Under the pieces are notes generated by a model. It ran no database searches and was not told the origin of the DNA. It saw only the letters and a list, made by a program, of their open reading frames with translations. A program made the position numbers and the translations under genes. DNA of 64,000 nt from Balanoglossus misakiensis (taxonomy: Eukaryota > Animalia > Hemichordata), in NCBI GenBank assembly GCA_040954595.2, contig CM082597.2, positions 8,525,778 through 8,589,777 of the forward strand, in the 5' to 3' direction. Within the stretch, counting starts at the first letter, position 1. The number at the start of each line of letters is the position of its first letter. Below, piece after piece: positions 54,152 to 64,000 of the stretch.

Positions 54152-54756
54152 CTTAACAGAAATTCAGAAAACATTGTATGACATAAAACAGGTTGACAGA
54201 GAGGATGAAATTTTTTCAATAATCTGTACAGTGAATATACAGGAAAAATAGCAACATTATTCAACAAGTTATACTAGTTATGTGAAAATGTTGCATCAAA
54301 CTTTGATAGGGAAAATGTGCCATTCAAAGTGTTTGTTTGCAGGTACTGAACCAATTTCAGAATCTTTTAAATCTTAGGTTTTTTTCAACAGACATATTAG
54401 TGTTTCCATCAACTTGATGTTTTCAAAAAGAGAAAGTATTATTTTTGAAATGTGGAATTACTGTAAAACATGTTATTTTCGTGAGCAATAAATTTTTCGC
54501 GAAATACGCGAGAACCAAAATAGCGTGAAAATAAAAAGTCGCATAATTTTTTTTCGAAGATAATGATGCAGTGAATGAAATAAGAGAACGCGAAAATTAA
54601 TACTAGCGAAACAGTGGCCTCTCTCGATATCGCGAAAATTTCAACTCGCAAAAATAAAGTGTTTTACAGTAGTTTGGAACACGGTTATAATAATAAACTA
54701 CACGCAACAAACATTAGAGGTTCACCAGAAGACGAAGTGTTAGATCAGAAACTTAC

Positions 54757-54848
54757 CAGACATGTGCAAAGGCTGCAAGGATCAGCCAATGGAACAAACT
54801 GTTCACCAGTTTTGTAAATCTGATTCTCAAAGCTACATTCCAAAGGAC
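54757..54848 (-). CDS. Exon: VWC N-half (SPLECSFENQIYKTGEQFVPLADPCSLCTCL)
   Basis: AG/GT, phase 1-0. Confidence 0.88.
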
Positions 54849-54940
54849 CTGTAAATGGAACATGACAACTGGTGGTATTATCTAGAGGAAGTGGAAAGTC
54901 ACTGACTTCTGAAATGTTCTGAATACTAGTACTCTCTTAA

Positions 54941-55577
54941 AGGCAATAGATCGTCTCACGCGCATGTGTGTAACTTCCCAGCAAATTTTCCGTTCGATGC
55001 ATTCAAATAGTGGACTGCCTTCGCTTCCTTCCATATTTCATGCGCACCGTATAAGTAGATTCTGGTTTTGTCCCTCCTTTTTACCCAAGCTGGTGTTTTC
55101 TCACGATCTCCGACATAGATTATGGTCGCCGCCATCTTGTCTGTTGTTAGGACAGAGCACTGCCTTATGGGATTGACTGTTCACTAAATGTCTGTAACCA
55201 GCGGCTACAGCTGGAACATGCGTGTACGTGTGAGACGAGCTAGGTGCTTTAAAGGGCAGTGAACATCTTATGCGCATGTGCCAAACCAGAGACTCTGGTT
55301 ACATAAATTGTATACAGTCATTGCCATAAGGCAGTGTGCTGTCCTGACAACAGACAAGATGGCGACAACCATAATCTGTGAGTGATTGGGAAAAAACAGC
55401 AAATTGGATGAAAAGAAGGGACAAAACTAAAGTCTGGGTGAACATGAAATATAGAAGGAAGCGAAGGCAGTCCACTATTTGAATGTATTTAATGCAAACT
55501 TTGCACAACACTTGGATTGGATGTAATGTTTGTACAAATTAAATACACACATGTGCATAAGACGATCATTGGCCTTT
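54941..55577. mobile_element. Two oppositely oriented ~310-bp TTAA-flanked MITEs of one family; other copies ~30583-30905 and ~63330-63645
   Basis: Shared core CAAGATGGCG...GGAAGGAAGCGAAGGCAGTCCACTATTTGAATG; copies meet at TTTAAA 55248-55253. Confidence 0.78.
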
Positions 55578-55719
55578 TACAGTTGTCACTGTGAGCATTA
55601 AATTGTATCAAGGAATACATACGCTCAATTGTATTGAAACTTTTTGTGTTGTAAAAAGTTACCACAGACACGCATTGCATGATTGAACACCATATGTTGA
55701 TGTACATAAAAAAACTTAC

Positions 55720-55819
55720 TTGCACAGCGTGGACAGCATTCACCTGCATCACGTAGGATTCTATCTTCGTTACATTCTAACTCAGGACACAATTTGACAT
55801 CACATGAAACATGACCATC
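55720..55819 (-). CDS. Exon: VWC C-half (DGHVSCDVKLCPELEC...GECCPRCA)
   Basis: AG/GT, phase 0-1. Confidence 0.88.
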
Positions 55820-56179
55820 CTGACAGAAAATACACACACAGACAATAAGACAACAACTCATATGGTTATCAATTGATCATACACTTGTTAAAATTCACAC
55901 AAAAACATATTTATCAACATCAGTAAAAATTGAACAATGAATGCTGGACCGTTTTAAAATTCACCACTTTTGATTGCGATTGACACTTTTTTAAATCAAA
56001 GTACTTTATTTTCTTTGCAACAGCTTTGTGGATGTCTAACTGCAGGGAGATCTAACTTCAACCCTTACGCCAACATGGTTGGTCCAAATCCATTGTTTTC
56101 TATGGTAAAGTTGGACTTCCAAACAGGGAAATGGGGATGAAAGGTTAATATAAGACTTGCATCTGGGTTATTCACTTAC

Positions 56180-56280
56180 CATACATATACATGATGTACA
56201 AGGATTGAGTTTAAATTCTGTGCCATTATGATATACAATGCCTGTTGTATTATTCTCACAAACTCTTTCCAAAGGCTCTC
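56180..56280 (-). CDS. Exon: VWC N-half (EPLERVCENNTTGIVYHNGTEFKLNPCTSCICM)
   Basis: AG/GT, phase 1-0. Confidence 0.85.
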
Positions 56281-56683
56281 CTATATAGGATAAAGAAGAC
56301 ATTATACGACACACATATTCACAAGTGAGCATGATTGATGTGAGGTCACATGAGTCTCAAAGCCAATCAGAGTGTACAACTTTCAGACCATTCATCTCAT
56401 GGTTCATTTCCAGGAAATGCAAGTTTTTTTCAATAGTTTTCCAGGGCTTTCAGTAAAAAAAATTCAATTTTCTGAATTTTTTTCATTAGTTTTCTATGAC
56501 TTTTGAAGCCAACAGCTGACATTTCCTGAGAGTGATTATGCAGATGACATATCAAAAACATCAACAATATTGCAGGACTTTCAGAAATAAATTTCATTTT
56601 TATATTTCTGTCTCTTCAACAAGTGTATAAACTTTGTCAATATTGTCAGAATTTTTTTTACACAGAGTTTAAAAAACACTGAC

Positions 56684-56771
56684 CTATACATGTTGGGCAA
56701 CATGCAGAGTTTTCTACTGTGACTCTCTCTGGAGGACAATTCAGTGTTGGTAGACACAGCAATATTCCTTC
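56684..56771 (-). CDS. Exon: VWC C-half (EGILLCLPTLNCPPERVTVENSACCPTCI)
   Basis: AG/GT, phase 0-1. Confidence 0.8.
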
Positions 56772-57687
56772 CTGTAATCACATGTTATATGATTCAATCT
56801 GGTGTATGTGCACCATTCTGGTCGCCTTAAATAGGTTTTCACTTTGCGCTAGGGGGTCAAATCACACTGCATTCTGGGTCAAAATTCGACAACCCACTGT
56901 AGTAAGAGATAGAAGAAATGATATTTTTACTGAATTTCATGACTTTCTCTGGTCAAACATGTCTGTCTTTGCAGTTACCATATTAAACTTATTAAACTTT
57001 TTTCACATTTTGTTATTTTTTCTGTTACAAAGTTTCAAAATGACCCATCCACACTTAAGCTTATGAACTCCCATTGTTTAAACATGGCAAAAAAAGGCCA
57101 TCTTGAATTGCGTCGACCATTTGAGATTTTCACCACTCACTTAGGTAGCTTAAAACCTATTTAAGGTAGGGAGAATTATCATACACTGGCATCATGTTCC
57201 CATTTAACTTCATGCGGAAGAGAGCCCTCACATCCATGCATTTTTTATGTATCATGCACGGCCTGGCTGCCCAATTAAGATCACTGCCATGCATTTCTGA
57301 ACTGTTTTTGTTCTTGTGGTACACACTTTGCTATCCTTAAATAATTCTTATGAAAACACACCAGAATGAGATTTTAACCTGTTTTTTTTCAGTGCTTTGA
57401 TCGTAGCACAGAGTAAAACGCTCGCAAGAAATTCATTGTCTCTTCAAAGCTGATACAATTATTTTACATCTTTATATCCTTTTTGTTCATGATGAATTTC
57501 TGTCTATGGTTAATGGAACAAAAATTGTCATAATGTTGAATATAAATTAGTTGTTGTTTCATTTGTAGTTTAATGCTCTGTTTCCTTGACAACACAAATT
57601 AAAGTTGTCATTATAAATATTGTATACACATGTTGGTTGTAATTGGAGAATAAGACAAGAATTCGCACATTAAGATGTCCATCTTAC

Positions 57688-57861
57688 CGAACACTGGCAT
57701 TCCAAACATTGGTCTTCATCTGGTTTAAAAATAGCACTTTCCTTATAAGTGACACCTCTGAATTCACAACCAATACATGCTTGACAACACTGGTTTGGTA
57801 CTCGCACTGGGTTCTCACATGGTGCTGGACATGTGACAGTTGTACAGGAGATGTCTTGGTC
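57688..57861 (-). CDS. Exon: VWC halves (DQDISCTTVTCPAPCENP...QCLECQCS)
   Basis: AG/GT, phase 0-0. Confidence 0.88.
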
Positions 57862-58222
57862 CTGTCAACACAAGAAACAAAAACGTCCAAGTTACAAACA
57901 AGAGAAGTATGTAAAGTACACTAGCTACACAAGATAGCATAATCTTGTTAGATAACAAGATTAAAAATGATTATATAAATAGCCAAAAGTACAGATCTAG
58001 AAATCTAATTACTGAGATATATGACAAGAAGCAAAGATCCACAAAACATAAAAGCTCATCAGAACAGCAGAATGTGACACTGTACACTGTGTTGCTGCAC
58101 AAAAAAAGTCTTGGCATGTACACACTGCATGTGCTTATAACAATCAAAGCCAAAAGTGCTCTGCATGTGCTTATAACAATCAAAGCCAAAAGTGCTCTAA
58201 CACAAGATATATTATTCATTAA

Positions 58223-58572
58223 AGGGACAGAGTCTCTCTTCTTCCCCATTTTTAATTAATTATGTTTGATACAAGACACCGTTTATGTTATTCTACATGT
58301 GGATTTATAGGGAATCGACGTTCAACCACACACTACTTCCATCCCACTTGTAGACGAGAGGGGAAAATCTCGCCAAAATGAATAATCAGTCTCTACCATT
58401 TATTCATTTTGGGCGAGTTTTTATTTTCATATCATACAAGCGGGATGGAAGTTGTGTTTGGTTGAACGTTCATTCACTACATGTACATATACACATGTAC
58501 ATTAACATAAACAGTGTCTTATATCAGACATAATTAATTGGAAAGGGGCAGCGAGAGAGAGACTTTGTCCCT
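58223..58572. mobile_element. Palindromic TTAA-flanked MITE (Kolobok-like); copies ~41423-41770, ~59499-59825, ~60995-61325
   Basis: TTAA|AGGGACA...TGTCCCT|TTAA with long internal inverted repeats. Confidence 0.82.
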
Positions 58573-58599
58573 TTAAATCCACCAATCAAAGTAACTTAC

Positions 58600-58685
58600 A
58601 TCACATATACATGTTGTACAGGGATCATCTTGAAGAGTCCACATATCACCATGGTGATACGTTGTGCCATCAATGACCCGACAGT
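58600..58685 (-). CDS. Exon: VWC N-half (DCRVIDGTTYHHGDMWTLQDDPCTTCICD)
   Basis: AG/GT, phase 1-0. Confidence 0.88.
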
Positions 58686-59051
58686 CTAAACAAAGAGACA
58701 AAGAAGACATTTTATACAGTGCTATGTCACTCTGGTTGAAGACATGATGATATGGCCAACAGGAATACCATTATCTGGGTGTTCAAATTATATAGAATTC
58801 TTCTGTTTTGCGGTATTAAAATTGTGTTTTATATTTTGTCATTTTTCTGATCAATATACTGGTATTGTGTAAAATTCGATCGATTGATTGGTGTGTGCTT
58901 TGTTCACAGCCTGAGCACTTACTCAGCAATTGATAACCCATACAGGAAAGATCACAACAAGTGATGACACATTGAGGAGAGATCACAACAAGTGATGACT
59001 CATAGAGGAGGAAGCACAGCATGTGATGACTCATCTAACCTGTCCACTTAC

Positions 59052-59145
59052 CTAGACATTTAGGACAGCACTGCCCTGGTACACTTGCAAAATTAGAACA
59101 TGTTGTGGTTTCACACACTGTTAAATTACAAGTCACAGTACCATC
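59052..59145 (-). CDS. Exon: VWC C-half (DGTVTCNLTVCETTTCSNFASVPGQCCPKCL)
   Basis: AG/GT, phase 0-1; copy at 40979-41072. Confidence 0.88.
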
Positions 59146-59843
59146 CTGTAAATACAAATTATTTAATGGGTTATTATTATAGAAGTTATGGACGACCATT
59201 GACCCTGACCCTGACCATTGATACTTTTAATAGTAAAGGAAAGTATGTGTGCACCAATGTTCATGATGCATGTAGACTAGACAATGTTAGTCCTACGTGT
59301 ATAATAGTGGAACATTTTTGTTTGGGTTATAAGGTCTCTGTACGTATGATTTTTAGTTTGTATGCATTTTTCCACAGCTTATGCGTACAGTGTAGGTAAC
59401 TCGAAAAAAAAAACCTTAAGTCTTGGCATGAACACACTGCGTGTGCTTATAACCCTCAAAGCCAAAAGGGCTTTAACACAAGATGTATTCTTCATTAAAA
59501 GGACAAAGTCTCTCTCTCTCAGCCCTTTATCCATTAATTATGTTTGATACAAGACACCGTTTATGTTATTGTACATGTGGATATATAGTGAATCAACGTT
59601 CAACCACCCACAATTTCTATCCCGTTTGTAGAAATAAATAATTGGTCTCTACCATTTATCCATTTTGGGCGAGTTTTTACTCTCATATCCTACAAACGGG
59701 ACGGAAGTTGTGTGTGGTTGAAAGTTGATTCACTACATGTATATATCCACATGTAGAATAACATAAACAATGTCTTGTATCAAACATAATTAATGGAAAG
59801 GGGCAGCTAGAGAGAGAGACTTTGTGCAGTGATGAGAACTTAC

Positions 59844-60020
59844 CAGACACAGGCAGGATCTACACACATCACCAAGAGGGTTGAAGCGATCATCATCAGC
59901 ATACAAGATATTATTGTATTCACACAGACTACAGTCTGGACAGCAATCAGAAGCTGTGTACAGTCCATGCTCACATGTTACTGGACACTCTAATTCTGTA
60001 CAGGTAATCTTGGAATCAGG
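59844..60020 (-). CDS. Exon: VWC halves (PDSKITCTELECPVTC...CRSCLCL)
   Basis: AG/GT, phase 0-0; near-identical copy at 41789-41965. Confidence 0.88.
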
Positions 60021-60730
60021 CTGAAAGAGGAACGACAACAATCAGGTTCATACTGTAAAACACTTTACTTTCACGAGTTGAAATTTTCACGATATCGAGA
60101 GAGGCCACTTTTTCGCGAGTATTAATTTTCACATTCTCTTATTTCATTCACTACATCGTTATCTTCAAAAAAATGTTATGCGACTTTTTATTTTCACGCT
60201 ATTTTGGCTCTCGTGTATTTCGCGAAAATGTATTGCTCGCAAAAATAAAGTATTTTACAGTATCAGTTAAAACATGGTGATGCACAGGTTCTTAATCAAA
60301 TTCTATTTTGGTTTCGTTAAAAGTCGTTAAAATAATGTTATGTAGTAGTCGTGTATTTTGCTGCCTTCATGGCAAGTCGACTGAGATCAAATCATCTGGA
60401 AAACAGGAAAACAATGGCTCTGTTTCTGGGACCGTCTGTTGCACTTTGGCTGAAATAGGAGCTTATTTATTTATGTTTACTTTTACAGTGGATTATATTT
60501 ACTGACAAGTTTAGTTACAGAAATAAATGTGTTTTTAATTTGACTATTGTTATTTTCACTGTCACCCAACCTCGGTTTGGTTTTGATTTGAAGCATCAGA
60601 GTAATGAAATAATGGGAATGATTCAACAATTAAATTTCAAGGGGTTGGCCGGGGGTTTGCGGCAAAACTAAAAGAAATATTTTTTTTTACCTGACTTTGA
60701 ACTTCTGACATCATCTATAAGTTGACATAC

Positions 60731-60819
60731 CTGACATGTACATTGCAGACACAGGTCAAATTCTGTCCAAATTTGTCCAGGTTGATACTCTGTACCATCC
60801 CCTGCCACACATACTGGAT
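60731..60819 (-). CDS. Exon: VWC N-half (PVCVAGDGTEYQPGQIWTEFDLCLQCTCQ)
   Basis: AG/GT, phase 1-0. Confidence 0.8.
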
Positions 60820-61408
60820 CTACCAATAAAGTTCAAATACACATTGTTGAGATGGAAATTGTTACATTCCCATGCAGTCCACTGAAGGCGTCCAGTGTGG
60901 AACCCATTGCATGGATTGGTTACGCAAAGTGCCCTCATGTGACAAACTTCAGTCTAGATTAGTTTTTCCTTCATTGAACTTGAAGATAACTGTAAAGAGA
61001 CAAAAAGTTTCTCTCTCGCTGCCCTTTTACCATTAATTATGTTTGACACAAGACACGGTTTATGTTATTCTACATGTGGACAGATATAACTTTATTTATT
61101 TATAAAAATTAATAAAAAATAAATAAATAAATAAACTTCCATTCCATATTTAGCATATGAGAATAAAAATCTCGCCAAAATGAATAAATGGTAAACACCG
61201 ATTATTCATTTTGGCGAGTTTTTTCACTCTTGTCTACAAGTAGAATGGAAGTTGTGTGTGGTCGAATGTTGATTCAGAATACATGTATATCCACATGTAG
61301 AATAACATAACGGTTTCTTGTCCCTTGAAGAACAGAAAATTATTTAATCTCAGAAAATTTTGATACATAACACTTGACTTTAAGATCTTGTATCTGATAT
61401 TTCCTTAC

Positions 61409-61508
61409 TTTCTTGACACACTGGACAGCAACTATCCTCTACAAGGATGGGGTTGTCACATTCCAGTATTGGGCAAATTTCCATGTTACCACATGTTACA
61501 TTCCCAAA
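61409..61508 (-). CDS. Exon: VWC C-half (FGNVTCGNMEICPILECDNPILVEDSCCPVCQE)
   Basis: AG/GT, phase 0-1. Confidence 0.85.
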
Positions 61509-62292
61509 CTATGCAGACAAGGAGAGACATCAGTTTAGTGTGGAAGAGATAGCATGGGTGCATGGGGGTGGGGAGGTGGACTAGGCAAGGTGGAACTGAG
61601 AGGGGGCAGAGGGTGAGGGTGTCATGGGCAATAACAGTAACATGATCTGTCAAATTATAAAATGGAATTACAGACTTATTTTGTTAAGAAGGGACTTTAC
61701 CTTCTGTTGATATAACAATTCAAAGAAAATTAATCACAAATTACATTGGAATTATTTACTTTCATTTATTGTTTGAGCAATCGTGTCCTCTGTCACTGTT
61801 GCAAATAAGTAGACATGACATAAAGACCAACGCATAGCTTGGCCAATCCATGTCTTTGTCAGAAACACTTTCACTGATGTCATACTCAGGTTTGTATGTA
61901 AGCCAAAGATACACTTGTTGTTTGTGGAATTCTCAAGTTACAGAAAGTTTGTTTTAGTAATTCATATGTGCAGTGTATAAACCTTGTTGACAGGTCTGCC
62001 TGGGAACTTTGACCAACCAACAGAGCAATTTGAGCACTACGCTTGTACATCACTTCTGTCGACACACAGATTGGTTTTAAAAGGTGCCATGGCAACGAAA
62101 GTGATATAACAAAGTCAGATTCCACTGTGAGTTCTTCATAAATATTTTACTGATTAACACCCAATCCTTAGGAAACGTTTCCTTTTACTCGTAATTCAAT
62201 CCAGGTCCTTCCTTAATGGAAAATATCTATGACTTTAAGTAAGATAATTTTCGCAGCTTAAATCACTGGATAAAATTATTTCATTAACTTAC

Positions 62293-62366
62293 TGTACAAA
62301 GACAAGTTATGCAGCCATCTTTGATTGTGTTCATATTCCGTATATACTGACCATCATACAGACAAT
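62293..62366 (-). CDS. Exon: VWC N-half (DCLYDGQYIRNMNTIKDGCITCLCT)
   Basis: AG/GT, phase 1-0. Confidence 0.85.
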
Positions 62367-63015
62367 CTGCAAAGAATTAATAACATAGTGATCACATTAT
62401 GAGTAAAAAAACCATTCTGGTCAATCACACTTCAGTCAAGGAGAGTATTATTAAAACAGAAGTTATTTATAACCATTTGCCAAGTGAATGTCTTCAAGAG
62501 ATTTGAGATAATGCTAAGCAGCCATGCATGGTTTTCTATATCCACTATATATGTTCAACTCACCTGTAATTCATTAAAGCCCAAGTATTTCTCATGTTTA
62601 TCCATTTTTCATCATCGAAAATTGCCTGTTTTTCCCGTACATTCATCAAGGAATACTACATAATGAAGATATAAGAAAGGTTTGGGCATTTGTAGCTATA
62701 TGTACATGCAAGCAGTAAATATTGCCCGTAACACTTGAAATGATGCGCGGGTTTGTTTACGTTGCATTCCGTATATCAACAGAGCTCATATTGTAAATTG
62801 TATGTAAATTGTATGTGTTAATGAAATAAGAGAACACGAAAATTAATACTTGCAAAACAGTGGCCTCTCTCGATATTGCGAAAATTTCAACTCCCGAAAA
62901 TAAAGTGTTTTTCAGTATGTCCGGACTGTGTTGTATGAATAGATGTGTGTAGTAGCTGTTGCTGACCAATTGCACAAGAAATCAAAGACTTTCGAAGCTT
63001 GTTGAAACGACTTAC

Positions 63016-63189
63016 CCTGACATGAGGGACAGCACATATCTTCATCTTGGAATGGAAACATGCAGTTCACCTGACAGCTGATTGGTTGACAGTTGACATT
63101 ACCAGATGTACATGTACACTCACTGCAGCTATCTAGTAATGATGGGAATACAGCACCATCTCTGTGATTTTCACCGCCGTATGTACAAC
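63016..63189 (-). CDS. Exon: full VWC (CTYGGENHRDG...CCPSCQ)
   Basis: 10-Cys VWC pattern; GT donor; acceptor reads AC instead of AG. Confidence 0.8.
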
Positions 63190-63827
63190 GTATAAAAAAA
63201 ATGCACGTCACAATTAGTATTTTTATGGCCACTTTCACTTTTGGAGGTCAAGGCTATTCATGACAAGAAATATTCTATTGCCTACATATGTAAGATGCTA
63301 GAAAAGTTAAATGGCGATGATATACAAATGTACATGTGTGCCAAACCAGAATCTCTGGTGGCAAAATTTGTATACAATCAATGGCATGAGGCAGTGTGCT
63401 GTCCTAACAACAGACAAGATGGTGGCAACCATAGTCTGTGTTGGAGATTGGGGAAAAGACAGCAAATTGGGGGGAAAAGGGACAAAAGCACAGTCTACTT
63501 AAACAGTGCACATGAAATATGGAAGGAAGCGAAGGCAGTCCACTATTTGAAAGTGTAGATTGCAAAATTTGCAGAACATTTGGATTGGATGTAATGTTTG
63601 TACACACAAAATTAAGCAGATGAGCATAAGATGATCGTCAAGCTTTAAATGAAACCACCTTTAAGACTGAGATATTTAACAACTTCCTTGCAAATTACAT
63701 GTAAGTCCAACCAACTGAACAAGTCCACCATAACACATCCAAAACATGTAAATTGGATCAGGCACACCATTAGTAACACTTGGACTAGTATTTTGATGAA
63801 AGGGTTAATTTTACTTTTGTGACTTAC

Positions 63828-63936
63828 CATTACAATCTGGGCCACATTGATTTTGTATGACAATTGGATTGTTACATGACTCTGTACATGTGACAGTGGT
63901 ACATCTGACAGTGACAGTGGTTATCTGACCATCAAT
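63828..63936 (-). CDS. Exon: VWC C-terminal half (IDGQITTVTVRCTTVTCTESCNNPIVIQNQCGPDCN)
   Basis: AG/GT boundaries, phase 0-1. Confidence 0.75.
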
Positions 63937-64000
63937 CTAAAGAGGAAAAATCACAAAGATCTTAGAACGGTTGTGTACAGTTTATATTTCACAAAGTTCT

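Larger units (their letters stand above)
58973..60262. repeat. Segmental duplicate of 40900-42207
   Basis: Direct comparison within window. Confidence 0.95.
29910..63936 (-). pseudogene. KCP: Kielin/chordin-like (VWC/VWD/C8/EGF) multi-exon gene, 5' end outside window, multiple disabling lesions
   Basis: About 35 GT-AG exons with mostly compatible phases; 16 VWC repeats; VWD exon CIVFGDPHYRTYDG..FQGTCTYVLSQDC..VAWTQ..LPYLQEP closely resembles kielin VWD; frameshifts at ~51820, ~50291, ~46900, ~33340, ~31445; acceptor AG>AC at 63190. Confidence 0.8.

Noticed and set aside
60820-60989. Longer version of the 60731 exon using the AG at 60990
   Set aside because: Introduces in-frame stops; acceptor at 60820-60821 gives the correct phase

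Overview
AT-rich animal genomic DNA with spliceosomal introns; it looks like a marine invertebrate, but the taxon cannot be established from sequence alone. Most ORF-track entries are spurious. 1-8570 is a C-poor (GAT)n array punctuated by a recurring ~80-bp GT-rich marker with higher-order periodicity. 9-28.5 kb is repeat-rich intergenic DNA: a ~0.8-1 kb tandem satellite carrying a TAA-flanked MITE, an internally deleted PIF/Harbinger-type transposon with 263-bp TIRs, a LINE 3' end and Helentron-like repeats. From ~28.8 kb to the window end, a minus-strand multi-exon kielin/chordin-like gene (VWCx10-VWD-C8-EGFx3-VWCx6-cbEGFx2-Thr-rich tail) shows several frameshifts, a lost splice acceptor, a probable exon deletion and a recent 1.3-kb internal duplication, so it appears to be decaying. 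In one intron, on the opposite strand, sits the most unusual object: a degenerate, intron-containing RAG1/Transib/Chapaev-like DDE transposase whose N-terminus carries a FAM60A/SINHCAF-like C4 zinc finger followed by an F-box. That architecture would couple a transposase to Sin3-HDAC and SCF ubiquitin-ligase machinery (function inferred, not shown).
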